Assembly: GCF_006345805.1 (NCBI RefSeq)
Contig: NC_043011.1
Span: forward strand, 42,420,464-42,484,463
Source of the DNA: Octopus sinensis
Taxonomy: Eukaryota
Direction of reading: 5' to 3'
Length of the DNA: 64,000 nucleotides
The number at the start of each line of letters is the position of its first letter. Position 1 is the first letter of the stretch. The translations under genes were made by a program, and so were the position numbers. Of the stretch, positions 11,566-25,343 are shown in pieces. A model generated the notes under the pieces. The model was not told the DNA's origin and ran no database searches. It saw only the letters and a program-made list of their open reading frames with translations.

Positions 11566-12206
11566 CTTTCCTTTGAAGATAAAGATGAAGGAATATTTCA
11601 AAGACTGAAGTGTGATATTATTTATCATCAGCATCATCATCATCATTGTCACCACAATCATCATCGTCACCAGCATTATCACTACTATTGCAATAACCAT
11701 CACCTGAACCATCATCATCATCATCATCAACACCACTGCCTCCACCCCCATCATTGTTGTCACTGCGACTGCATTTCTGCATGAGTCGTACTATTTTGTA
11801 CATAAATTTAACTGAAAAAAGAAAAAAAAGCAGTGTGGGGGGAACTAATAATGAACACAGATTATACATGGGATTAATAGACTACATGCTTTAGTCCATG
11901 TCATGAGTACTTTATCGTCATCATCACCATCATTTATAGATGTGTAGGTGTGTCTGTCTGTGTGTCTGAGTATGTATATAATGCCTCTGTATATTTGTGA
12001 ATGAATGTAACAGTGTATGTTATGTCAAAACAACTTAATATAGATTTTTCTTTGTGCGAAATGAAACAATAGAAAAAAACCATTTGCAGTGTATGTGTGT
12101 GTGTGTGTGTGTGTGTGTAAAGACACACACATTTGATGTATAAACAAAAGACAGACCTCTCAATACATACAAAACTATATTTCAATAATTAGACACACAA
12201 ATACAG

Positions 12207-12248
<42 letters not shown>

Positions 12249-12261
12249 CATATATTATATA

Positions 12262-12636
12262 TATGTTATATTCATATATATTATATATACATAAATATAT
12301 TATACATGTATATTATATATACATGTATATTTATATACATGTATATTATATATACATGTATATTATATATACATGTATATTATATAACATGTATATTATA
12401 TATACATGTTATTATATATACATGTATATTATATATACATGTATATTATATATACATGTATATTATATATACATGTATATTATATATACATGTATATTAT
12501 ATATACATATATATTATATATACATATATATTATATATACATATATATTATATATACATATAATATATACATATATAATATATACATATATACATATATA
12601 ATATATACATATATAATATATACATATATATATATA
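12262..12636. repeat. 17-bp minisatellite TATATACATGTATATTA decaying to TATATACATATATA(T)TA
   Basis: Roughly a dozen near-perfect units, then variant units; each main unit contains the palindrome ATATACATGTATAT. Confidence 0.9.
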
Positions 12637-13284
12637 TGCTAGCATGGAAAGCGGACGTTAAACGATGATGATGATATATATATATATACACACACATCAT
12701 CATCATCCTCGTTTAACGTCCGTTTTCCATACTAGCAATGGGTTGGATATACATATATATATACACATATATATTATATATACACACACACACACATATA
12801 TATATATACACATTTATTATATATACATTATATATACATTTATTATATATACATATATATATATATATATGCATGTCTTTATATAAAGACAAGAGAATGT
12901 GGGTTTTGTTATACCCAGAGACTATAGTAAACAAATAACATCATGAATTCTTAAATTACTTACATTCATGACATGCAACTAAACACAAATCTGTGTAGGT
13001 GTACACGTATTACATGAGTATGTGTGTGTGTGTGCATGGGGCAGGGGTGAAGTGTGTTGGGTGAAATCAGTAATTAAATTAACAGGTTGTCATTCATAAA
13101 CGCTGCTACGTCAGATAGTATCAACACAAACACTGACGCACAGACACTCACACATATATATACACGCCTTCTATGAATGGGAAGCTGTTTTACTACAGAC
13201 ACACACACACACTCACACGCCATCACTGTAACTGCCTCTATGATGATCACTGTGTATGTATGCTTCTTTAGATGTGTGCATACA

Positions 13285-13423
13285 TACACACACACACATC
13301 TGAATGTATAATATATGCATGTTTGAATGTATGTGTGTACGTATATATATATCTATCAGTAAGTGTATGTGTGTCGAAGTTATTTCATAAAAGCACTGAA
13401 TGAATGGTTGTTGTTTGGATACA

Positions 13424-13465
<42 letters not shown>

Positions 13466-14561
13466 GCACATATACATACACACAGACACACACACACAAG
13501 TGGTACTATTACAGGGTTTATGTGAGTGTGCAAAATGTTGTGTGCCTATATATACATACATACACACTTATATAAATGTATACCTGTGTGTGTGCGCGCG
13601 CATGCGTGCAGTGTGTATACAATATTGATGATTTGATGAGGGAAATCTATCTGGGTTCCCTCTTTGTCTGTATAAACACACACACACACCACACACATTT
13701 GTATGGGTTTTTGTATACTCGGGGAAATAATGGCCAAGTTAGTGTCAACACATTCATAGTAGTAATGATAGTTTTAATAAATGTTATGGTACTCTAACTA
13801 TTGTATATCAAACTTAGTTTTAATACTTAATATATACACACATGTATATATAGATTAGTGTTGGCATAGTCTTATTAGTGTAGACATATCCATGTTAAAA
13901 ATTTAATACACGCATTATATATATACACACACACACATCTGAATGTATAATATATGCATGTTTGAATGTATGTGTGTACGTATATATATATCTATCAGTA
14001 AGTGTATGTGTGTCGAAGTTATTTCATAAAAGCACTGAATGAATGGTTGTTGTTGGATACATGTGTGGTGTATATAATATATATATAATATATATATATG
14101 CACAATACATACACACAGACACACAACACACAAGTGGTACTATTACAGGGTTTTTATGTGAGTGTGCAAAATGTTGTGTGCCTATATATACATACATACA
14201 CACTTATATAAATGTATACCTGTGTGTGTGCGCGCGCATGCGTGCAGTGTGTATACAATATTGATGATTTGATGAGGGAAATCTATCTGGGTTCCCTCTT
14301 TGTCTGTATAAACACACACACACACACACACACATTTGTATGGGTTTTTGTATACTCGGGGAAATAATGGCCAAGTTAGTGTCAACACATTCATAGTAGT
14401 AATGATAGTTTTAATAAATGTTATGGTACTCTAACTATTGTATATCAAACTTATTTTTTAATACTAATATATACACACATGTATATATAGATTAGTGTTG
14501 GCATAGTCTTATTAGTGTAGACATATCCATGTTAAAAATTTAATACACGCATTATATATAT

Positions 14562-14562
<1 letters not shown>
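13285..14562. repeat. Tandem duplication, ~638-bp unit x2
   Basis: atctgaatgtataatatatgc at 13298 and 13937; cgcattatat at 13911 and 14548. Confidence 0.95.
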
Positions 14563-14612
<50 letters not shown>

Positions 14613-14822
14613 TACACATATATACATACACATATATACATATACACATATATACATACACATATATACATATACACATATATACATACACATATATACA
14701 TACACATATATACATATACATATACACATATATACATATATACATATACATATACATATATACATATACATATATACATATATACATATATACATATATA
14801 CATATACATATATATATATATT
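14560..14822. repeat. (CATATA/CATATACA) compound microsatellite
   Basis: Direct inspection. Confidence 0.9.
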
Positions 14823-17269
14823 TTGATTTTGATTTTTGATTTTTCCAGTTTCAGCTCATGAGCTGTGGCCATGCTGGGGCACCACCATATATATTTATAT
14901 ATATATATGTGTATATATATATATATTATATATGTAGGTGAGTTAATGTTGTGTTTTAATGCTGGGAAAATGAGAAAACTCCGCTTGAAATGTTTACAGA
15001 GATCACAGCCACTATCATGTATTGTCTTATTCTACATTATGTGTGTGTTTGTGTGTGTGTGTAATGTATATAGTGTTTATGCTTATGTGCATTTGCATTC
15101 ACGTATGCGTGTAAATTACAGAGTGCATATGTGTGCGTGCGTGTACCAGTGCATGCTGCAGTATGATTCAGTACAACTTCAAAGGGTATGCCTTCCAACA
15201 CCACCCCAGCCACTGACGTCAATAACAGTGATGATGATGATGATGATGATGATACTGTTATTGGTGGTGGGGATGATGACTAATATTGATGGAGGTGACG
15301 GTAAAGATGGTGATAGTGATGGTGATGCTGATAATGTAGTCAGTCCCTTCCGTCCCCACTCCTCCCCACATTAATGAGGCAAACAACATGGCAGCCTATT
15401 TACTTCTCATCTAAGCTGTTCAACTGTTGGAAAAGACCCTGGTAAGCTGGAGCTTATCATTATTATTAGCCCCGTTTTTCCACCTCCCCAAACTTCAGGC
15501 CTTGTGCCTTCAGTAAAAAGGATTCTTCTTCTTCTTATTATTATTACTGAGGCAGTGAGCTGGCAGAGTGGTTAGAATGCTGGACAAAATGCTTAGCAGC
15601 GTCTCTTCCAGTTTGACAATCTGAGTTCAAATTACAGCAAGGTCGGCTTTGCCTTTCATCCTTTCAAAGTCAATGAAAGAAGTACCAGTTACGCACTGGG
15701 GTCAATGTAATCAACTAGCCCCCCCCCCCAGCAAAATTTCAGGCTTTTTGCACCTTAAAAGAAAAGATTATTATTATTATCATCATCATTGTCATTGTTA
15801 AGGCAGAAGCAGTATTTCATGTGTCTTTACGTTCAAATTCCACTGGGGTCAACTTTGCCCTTTGGGATTGATAAAATAGACCCCAGTTGAGTATTGGAGT
15901 CGATGTAACTGAATAACTCCCTACCTGAACTTGCTGGCCTTTTGCCATAGAAATTTAGTCTCAACATTATTATCATTATCATTGGATTTGGATTTTGGGC
16001 AGGTACCTTATTCGGTGGGGAGGGGGGACTATTTCTTTGCTCAGAAACAAATGAGAGTTGGCAACAGGAAGAGTATCCAGCCATAGAAATCTTGCCTCAA
16101 CATCTCGTGCGACCCAAGTAAGTATGGAAAAGCAGATGTTGTTATGATGATGATGATGATGGTGTCATTTGAGGGAGGTTTATCTTCTGTTTCTAGCAAG
16201 GCTAGTGATCACACAGAGGTCTAACCTTGTTGGCTTTATTAAACAGCAGGAAAGTGCTTAACAATTAAATAATTAATCAAGTTAATTACTCAAGAAGCTG
16301 TAACAGTAATCAATGGTTAAGGTAGTTGAATAGTAAGCTCAGGATTCGTGAGTTCAAATCCACCATAAGTTGTTAGTAGTGGTAGTTATTTTTGTTGTTT
16401 ACCCCCCCCCCCCCAGGTCTATCCTTATTGAGCAGACATATGATCAAAAGTATTCCAGTTATAACCTTCCATATTTTTGCATAGTCAAGAGTGGAGGGAG
16501 GGGGGCAGGTCCAATACATTCACTGTCTCTTAAATAATAGTGCATAATTTGAGGGAGATTTGGCTGCTATTTCCAGTGGGTTGAGCAACTATGCAGAAGC
16601 TCCCTCTTGTGGTGGTAGTGTTGATGCTAATGTGTTTGTGGTGGTGGTGTACAATGTGGCGTTGGTGGTGGTGAGAAAAGAGGAGGCTAACCAATGTAAG
16701 AAGTGGTTTGAGGAAAGCAGCGGAGAGCGGAGAGCGATGAGCTGTATGGGGGTGGGGGAGTGTAAGAGAAAGGGAGAAGAGGAGGCAGTGTATGTGTGTG
16801 TGTGGGGGGGGTGTTTGGATGTTCCCTTCATAATTCAGCCATGAACAGAGTGGCTGAGGGGAAAGGAATTAGGAGGGAGTAAGGCTGAAATGGTTCAGTA
16901 GGCGGGGACAAGAAAAATAGAAAGATGAACCATCACAAAAATACACATACACACACATACATTGGCAGGCACAAAGACACACACACACATTGACAGGCAC
17001 ACACACACAGACACACCTACACATATCCAAATGTCAACTTACAAATCCTGCTGAAGGATGAAGTTACTTTCCTAAAGCAATATTTTTAATGCTAACCACA
17101 TGCCCACACACACACACACCAATAAGATTATATGAGATTCCATATGCAGTCTTACACTTAGCAACATACATGTGCCTGCACTAAACTATGTGTACACACA
17201 CACACACAATAATAATAATTGCAATAATGTATTGATTTGTACAGTAATGAATATTGAACATGTACCAGT

Positions 17270-17590
17270 GGTATGTAAAAAGCACCATTCGAGCGTGGTC
17301 GTTGCCAGTACTCCCTGACTGGCCCCCATGTCGGTGGCACATAAAAAGCACCATCTGTTTGTGGTCAATGCCAGTGCCACTTGACTGGCCCCCATGCCGG
17401 TGGCACGTAAAAAGCATCCACTACCCTCTTGGAGTGGTTGGCATTAGGAAGGGCATCCAGCTGCAGAAACCTTGTCAGATCAGATTGGAGCCTGGCACAG
17501 CCTCCTGGCTTGCCAGTCCTCAGTCAAACCGTCCAACTCATGCCAGCATGGAAAGCAGATGTTAAAAGATAATGATGATGATGGTGGTGG
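17270..17590 (+). mobile_element. RTE-LINE 3' UTR-derived short retroposon (family B) with ~65-nt internal repeats and (GAT)n tail
   Basis: gtggcacgtaaaaagcacc modules, ggttggcattaggaagggcatccagctg, and the tail ccaactcatgccagcatggaaagcagatgttaaaa+(gat)n. The same sequence follows the RTE ORF at 59100-59530. Confidence 0.8.
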
Positions 17591-17634
17591 TGTTGCTGAT
17601 GATGATGATGATGATTACAGTAAAGATAACCAAC

Positions 17635-17819
17635 CTCTATTTTGCTGAGCTTCTTTCCGGAATCTTTCCTCCTTGTGTTTGGCCCGAAATGCCAGGTCCC
17701 TGTCTTCCATACATTCTTGAGCAAATTTCTCCAGCATCTGCAGACATGGATAATCTGGATCCTCTCGGAAATCTTCTGGATATGTATCGAGCCATACTGA
17801 GATCACAGACTTTATTGTT
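17635..17819 (-). CDS. Rgl: RalGEF exon 5, REM end: TIKSVISVWLDTYPEDFREDPDYPCLQMLEKF...EAQQNR
   Basis: ttgataccag| acceptor, G|gttggt donor, 185 nt, phase 2-1; WLD-x-x-x-EDF motif. Confidence 0.93.
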
Positions 17820-18495
17820 CTGGTATCAAGAAAAGAAAAAAAAAAAATGTATATATGCATTTCTATGGTGACAGCATATGAAGACATGGTTCAGTGCAAG
17901 CAAATAATATAGTCAACATCACACACACATTTTGATTTTTAGAGAAGAGAAAAAGAACTCAATACCTGTAAAAGAGTGTGTCCAGTTAATGTTGATGTGA
18001 CCAATGTTGATGGCTGTCTTAAGCTATAACTGAAGACAACCTGAAGATTGGAGGAGAAAGTGGTGATAGCTGGAACTAAGCCTATTCAGGTACCTTTCTC
18101 TGTACATGAAACTTAAGTTGCAACTTCCAAGATCATATGATACTTTGTATAATATATATGCTCATACATACACACCACACACACATATATACAACATATA
18201 TATGTCTGTGAATCTATGTATTTGCATATACACACATGAGTATGGAAATTTAAAAGCAATATGAATTCTTCAACAGGAATTGAACCAACATCTACTAACC
18301 AATTAAGCACGATAACCATTAGACAGCATTATTACCAGTTTAGCCTTATAATTTATTGTACTAATTTAAATCATTTCACTAATTTACTCCATGCGAGTGG
18401 GTGGATGTCTTACAATAAAACCCGTTCACAAATGACCATTCTGTCACCCATTCAGCTATTCTTTTATCTGTTCTTAGCCACTGTTTTATTATGAA

Positions 18496-18838
18496 CTAGC
18501 ACTATGACCTGGCAACGCCGGGTCATGGTGCTAGTGCATGCGTGCACACATACATGCAAGTACTGTCCAAATCTCCGACCAATCACATACAGCTAGCTGG
18601 CATATCAAGTTTCGGGCATTTTGATTGGGTTTTGGATAGAAAATTCATGAAAAAGTCACTTCTATTGATTTTTTAATGGCTTTGCGGGGTGACTGGGGAA
18701 ATGTAAAGATGTGCACGACCACCTTTGGACGGTTTTGAATGACCATAGAAAGTGCGAGCTCTCTAACTGAAAAATTGTGGATTTGTGTAAAGGACACACA
18801 CACACACACAGACATTTTGCCGTTTATATATATAGAGA
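18496..18838 (-). mobile_element. Non-autonomous Helitron-like element (343 bp)
   Basis: Minus strand starts A|TCTCTATATATATAAA and ends with an 18-bp-stem hairpin and CTAG|T; AT target, no TSD. Confidence 0.75.
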
Positions 18839-20404
18839 TTACTCTTTTATTAACCATTCTATTACATCTTGAAATGAGGACTGAATAACCTTAAAAATTA
18901 TAAAATAAAATATATATATATATTAGAAATGAATGTGTATCTTACATACACACACACTGTACCTCTTGATGCCAGTTTGATGAAGTGCCATTCCAGTAGA
19001 GTCGAGTGCAAATATTGTATAACTTTTCACATGAAATCATGTACATGCAAACGACTTAAAAACAGGAATGGCGCTGAAACAAATATAATTACTAATAAAG
19101 ATGTGCTAAATTCATCCCGACAACAGGGTGCTGAGTTCAGTCTCACTGCGTGGCACCTTGGGCAGGTTCTCCTACTATAGCCTCAGGCCGACCAAAATCT
19201 TGCGAGTGGATTTGGTACATGGAAACTGAAAGAAGGCTGGTTGTGTGTGTGTGTGTGTGTGTCCGTGTCCCACTATCACCACTTGACAACCAGTGTTGGA
19301 GAGTTTATGTTCCTGTAACTTAGCAGTTTGGCAAAAGAAACTGACAGAATAAGTACCAGGTTTAAAAAAAAAAAGGGGAAAAAGTACTAAAGAAATGTAC
19401 AGAAATATTTGTAATGTGTGAATGTTGGACAAGTAGCACTCACAAAACCATCACATTATGTTAGTTAAAAAAAGAGAACAACAGCAACAACAACAACGAA
19501 AACATTCTGAATGAACTTCAACTGTAAATAGAGAAAGTGGGGTGTATATGGGGGTGGGGGATGGGTGGATTCTGGTTAGGCCTTGTTTTTCATATATATG
19601 AACAGAAGAGTAATTCCTATGACAACCACCACAAGTTACCAACCAAACTGTGATTGGTGGTCTCTAGTCTTATAATTGTTGTTGATGGTGGTGGTGGTGG
19701 TGGTGGGGAGGGAGTAATGTCTTTTGAAGGAAAAAAAAACAAACATGAAAGGGTTGAATGAAAGAAGCGAAATGAAAGAAATGGGAGAGAAAAAAGCAAC
19801 AAACTGGGGGGAGAAAACATGAAGGAAAGATAGGAGAGAGAGAGAAAGAGACAGAGAAAGGGGAATGAAAATTGATAGTAATGGTGGAGAGGTAGAGGGA
19901 AAGAGAGAGAAAGGTAAAAAAGGGAAAGAGAAAGAGAGAGAAAGGTAAAAGAGGGAAAGAGAAAGAGAGAGAGAAATGGGAGAGGGAGAGAGAGAGGGGG
20001 AGAGACCGTGGTAACATGTATTTCCCACCCCTTACCTTCAGCTGCCCACCCTGCTATCTGATAACAAACGAACTTTACACATTGTTCAGAGGGGTGGATG
20101 GATGCATGGCAAGAGGATGTGGGTGGGTGGGTGGACAGAGCTGATTAGTCTAGTACCCAAAACACTTTTTCCTTATATTCCACCAAATAAAATACTTAAA
20201 GGTCAACCTTACATACAGAACAATCAGTACCACCACCACCATCACCACCACGACTGCAACCACCACCACCACCACGACTGCAACCACCATCACTGCTACT
20301 GCCTTGCTTGCTTCAGACATATTCTCCAAATCCTAATGTGTCTGTGAGAGCCAAACTTCTACATACATATGCGTGCATCTATAAATGTATACACACAAAA
20401 TGCA

Positions 20405-20435
<31 letters not shown>

Positions 20436-20536
20436 TGTGCATGTATGTGAATGAGTGCACTGAAATATTAGTATGTGTGTGTGTGTATGATGCATCATGG
20501 ATGAAGATGGAGAATTTAAAATATAATACAACTTTA

Positions 20537-20574
<38 letters not shown>

Positions 20575-20979
20575 TTGATAATTTTAGTAGTAATAATAGT
20601 TGTTCTTCTTGCTGCTGTTGTTCGTCTCCCGTCTAGCCACAACAGACCCATGTTAGGTAGAGAGACTACTTGTTCAACCAAATATCCACAAACTCTGTAC
20701 TCCAGATATGGTACGCCTACACCAAGATAAGTACCCCATAGAATGGTACCATGATAGGGTTCATTGTATGGAATGATGAAGGCAGTGGGAGATATGTGTG
20801 TGTTGAGGGAAGGATTGAAACAAGATATTGAAACAGTTAGAAATTACATAAAACAGCTGTAGGGGGTCAATCTAATTTGCTGTCTTGGGGAAGGTTAGGG
20901 TCCAGTGAAATCTAGAGATCAACTCTGAAAATGGAGGGCTGCTGGGGGGTCAATATATTGAAGAGGAAGGAAAACTCAC

Positions 20980-21039
20980 TTCAGCTGTACATCATGCAGT
21001 TCTGTTTTCTCTTTGTCTTCAGACTTGAGAATCTTGTAC
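20980..21039 (-). CDS. Rgl: RalGEF exon 4: (R)YKILKSEDKEKTELHDVQL(K)
   Basis: atttcctccag| acceptor, AA|gtgagt donor, 60 nt, phase 2-2; supplies the Y after LIER and the linker expected in the REM domain. Not in the ORF track. Confidence 0.85.
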
Positions 21040-21936
21040 CTGGAGGAAATAAAAGGAACATATATATAATATATATATAGAGAGAGAGAGGTTGGAAGAC
21101 AGATATATAGAGTGATAGATAGACAGAGAGACAGAGAGAAAAAGAGAGATTTTTATCTTCATCATTATTATCATCTTCATTTATCAACAACAGTTGTTGG
21201 CATGTTGTTTCTTGAACAACAGAAACAAGTCAATAAATAACCAGTTAAACAATACTCGGTATGTTGTCTCTTCAATAAAAACTAAAAGACAGATCAATAA
21301 AGAAATCAATCACTTAACCACAACTCTCAGAATGACAGACTTTCAACAGCAAAATATTCAGCAGACAAGAGACAGACAACAATTTGTTATGGATAACTTG
21401 CTAGATATGCAAGACATAGGTATCTCTACATCTTTGTTGTTACTCAGTCTTAAGGTAACCCTGATCAAACAGACCCATGATCAAAGACGGTTCCTGCCAT
21501 GACTATCACAACCTTTTCTATATCCAAGACATTATCTAATGTTTTCTTTCTTCTTTTTAAGACGATAAGATGTTGTTGTCATCATCATTATAATTTTACA
21601 TCTGCTTTCTACTCTGGCATGGGTTGGATGGGTTGTCCTAATCTGAATCAGTTCTTACTGAGAGCCACTGCTCTCATAGACTGGTGCTTGTATGTGTTAT
21701 TTTGGATTGGTTTCTATGGCTAGATGTCCTTCCTAACACCAAACATTCTACAGAATGTACTGGTTACAATTTCTCATTATACCAATACTAGAGAGGCTGA
21801 ACAGTGGGAAATTTAGCTGCTATTGCTAGGAAACTGTGGATGCCACATCGTGTCAAAAATGGACATAGAATAAAAGAACAAACAAATAGAGTAAAAGTCA
21901 AAGAGGTTAAAAAAAAAAAAGAGATGTAATATTTAC

Positions 21937-22142
21937 CTTTCAATGAGTAGGTTGAGTACCTGGTGCGGGGTAGCAAAGGTCCTGTAAGTGGCCAGGAAGA
22001 CATTCACATAACACGAGTCCATCTCTCCTTTCACAGTAACCAAACTCTCCACCAACTTACTGAGTGTGCCAGACTTGATAACTCGTACTTTATGTGTCTC
22101 CCACATGAGGTGTGAAAACTCCCTACTCTGTTCATATTCCAA
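21937..22142 (-). CDS. Rgl: RalGEF exon 3, REM domain start: LEYEQSREFSHLMWETHKVRVIKSGTLSKLVESL...VNVFLATYRTFATPHQVLNLLIE
   Basis: tctttcag| acceptor, AG|gtaaat donor, 206 nt, phase 0-2; classic RasGEF_N motifs. Confidence 0.96.
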
Positions 22143-23179
22143 CTGAAAGACAAAGAAATGGCAGACAGCTTTGTAAAAAGAAAGAAAGTGATAACAAGGA
22201 TAAAAGGTAAACCCAGTTTCCAATAAATGTAGAAATCTCATTATTATTATTATTATTATTTCTGCATTCAATACTTTTTAACTCTTCTTTCTACATTAAC
22301 ATTATACATATTCTCCCTCTTTCTGTCTAACCCTCAGTTGGATCTATGGTTTAAATTGGATTTCGGACTTATATATCAACATACCTGCAGTATCCTACCA
22401 ACACTACTTCACTGTGAGCCCTATGTTATTGTACCTAGCCATTTCTGGCAGCCTACATCTTGATGTGCCTAGAATCCAATGAATCTTACAATTAATATGT
22501 GTGTGTGTGTATATGGATAGATAGATAAACATACACACAGACACACACGTATTCTTCCAACTTGTTGGATCCAGTCAAAATGTTCACCTAATACCAGCAA
22601 TTCATACACCCAACACACACATACATGTGTGTGTGGAGTGTATGAATTGTGAGATAGGTTTCAGCCGTTGGATTGTGGCCATGCTGGGATGCTATCTTCA
22701 GAATATTAAGGAAATATTCAAAGGAAGTGACTAGTCAAAATCGTGTCATGGAGTTTATTTTAGAAATTCAAAGGAAACTGAAGTTTCATTTCCTTTGTTT
22801 GTTCCAAGTGGAAAAAGAGGAACTTGGGAGTGAAGTTGATACTTCCAAAGCAAACGAATGTGTGTGCGTGCGCATGTGTGTGTGTCTGTGTGTGTGTACA
22901 TCTATTACGTATACATGCATGCACACACCCACGCACATATACACAAAGAAAAAGTAACAACAACACAAAAGCAGAATTACTCTGAAAGAAGAAATCACCA
23001 AATGTTCCAAGAACTACTTAAGTTTCTTTTTGTTGTTGTTGACTTCTCCTGCTTTTGTTAGTTTCACTTCGATCCAACTGCAACATGGACCAAACTGACC
23101 ACAAAAAGCTGTGCTCCAATCATTCAATATTGTGTTGTCATCGAAACAAGGACAAAAAAATAAATAAGAAATGTAAAAA

Positions 23180-23478
23180 CCACCATTCGAGCATGATCGT
23201 TACCAGCATCGCCTTACTGGCAGCTGCGCCGGTGGCATGTGTAAAAGATTCGAGCGAGGTCGTTGCCAGTGCCGCCTGACTGGCCCCACACCAGTGGCAC
23301 GTAAAAGCACCCACTACACTCTCAGAGTGGTTGGCGTTAGGAAGGGCATCCAGCTGTAGAAATCCTGCCAGATCAAGATTGAAGCCTGGTGCAGCTATCT
23401 GGTTCACCAGCCTTCAGTCATACGTCCAACCCATGCTAGCATGGAAAGCGGATGTTAAATGAAGATGATGATGATGAC
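23180..23478 (+). mobile_element. Family B RTE-tail retroposon copy
   Basis: Same modules and (GAT)n tail as 17270-17590. Further copies or fragments lie near 2236-2375(-), 3064-3215(+), 7400-7680(+), 21590-21780(-), 26950-27170(-), 52130-52235(-), 53905-54000(-). Confidence 0.8.
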
Positions 23479-24839
23479 TTGGTCCCTATTTTAGATACAT
23501 TTAAAGACTTGATGCTGGGATACCATCTTCAGAATATAAAGGAAAGATTCAAAGGAAGTGACTAGTCAAAAACGTGTTTATCTTCAGGTCATCCTTTTTC
23601 CAATACACCAGAATTACAGGTGCAATCCCACCAAGAGGATTTTACACAGTTTCCATACCTATCCAATTTTAATTACAAGGTATGGACTGATCCAATGTTG
23701 TGGAAAATGACATTTGAGACATAGTGGCCACAAAGGGAACTTCTTCACCAATGCCTCCATCACACACGCACAATTTTTGTTTATCAAATTAAACTCACAT
23801 GGTATTGGCTTGCAGTGAGATTGAACTTGCAGCCATGGACTTGTAAAGCAAACTTGTTAACCACACAGCCATACCTGTGCCCCATATTTGCCTAAGAAAG
23901 ACCTTTTCTCTCACTCAGTATCCTGACCATTTTGGAATAAACAAGTTTTATTTGACCCAAGTCTTTTTCCTTATAAGGCAAACAATGAGAGTCTGTGACA
24001 TCTTTCAGTGAAATGGAGGATGAGGAGGAAGAGAAGACAAGTTATATGTCATTGCATGCACACACACACACACATATGTGCATACATGCACATTTTGTAT
24101 AAATCCTTGTCTTTGTGTGTGTGTGTGTGTATGTATATATATATATATACACACACACACTCAGACATACACACACACACATATACAGATATATATATAT
24201 ATGTGTGTTTATATACATGACATCTCACTCTCTTTCTCTCTCTCTCTCCACACACAGATACATGTGTTAGAAAATGAATATAGTAATGTATGTGTATGTT
24301 GACATACACACACACAGTGCATGTGTATGTTCAAAGATGGACAAAAAAATAAAAAAATTAACAACAAGTAACACATGCTTATTAACTAAATCTATGTGAA
24401 GCCAATTAATATGTGGACTGATGGGTGTAGAGGTGTGGGATGAGGTGAAACATGTATTACATCCCATATAGGAACACACGTGTGCACACTATACACACAT
24501 ACGTACATAGAATGTTTTACAAAACCTATAAAGCCTCTCCTCTTATATACCCATTCACACACACACACACACAGACACACTCATACACATGCAGTTTGTA
24601 TCATTATTCCTATATCTTCCCACACATACAGACACACACATGCCCATACACACGTACGCAAACATACACACACACACGTAAAATAGGCTACTTTCACATT
24701 TAATTAAAGGGAAAAAACTGATTTATTATGTACACAGATTTCTTGTTTCCTATAATACTTCCATTCACAACTAAGTTTCTTTATCATGTCATCACTGTTA
24801 TACAACGCTGATCACAATGCACTTTGCATAATTTTAGCT

Positions 24840-25062
24840 TTTAAATGATGCCACCCTGCTGGCTAGGCGAGCAGGTCGACATGCCCCCCCCCCCCGATTG
24901 GAAGGCTCTTCTATCACAGGGTGGCCCATTTACAGCTGGGTGAACTGGAGCAATGCGAAAGTGTTTTGCTAAAGAACACAACATGCAGCTGGTCTGGGAA
25001 TTGAAACCACAACTTTATGAACATGAGTGCAACATGTTTAACCACTGGGCCACGTGCGTTCA
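24840..25062 (-). mobile_element. Diverged tRNA-headed SINE with central cacccagctgtaaatggg domain
   Basis: Minus strand: gtggcccagtggttaa (A box), ggtttcaattccc (B box), then tgttctttagcaaaacactt...ttcacccagctgtaaatggg; related fragment at 29200-29320. Confidence 0.65.
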
Positions 25063-25343
25063 CAAGTTTCTTTGTAGGAATCTAAAATTTACCTCAGTAG
25101 TCCACTGGTACTTTAGTTTATTTCAACACACATATACATTATTCAACTGCATTGAAACAAACATAAAAAAGCCCATTTAGTTTAACCCTATAGTTCACAC
25201 TTCTCCATTTTTATTTTTTGTTATCTTATCACAGTTTGTAGTGAAAACCACATTTATGACTGGTCCCAACACAGTCCTGGACTGCCAGTAAGATCAGTCT
25301 TTAATATAATCCACCTTTATGGCAAGTCCCTGATACAGTACAT

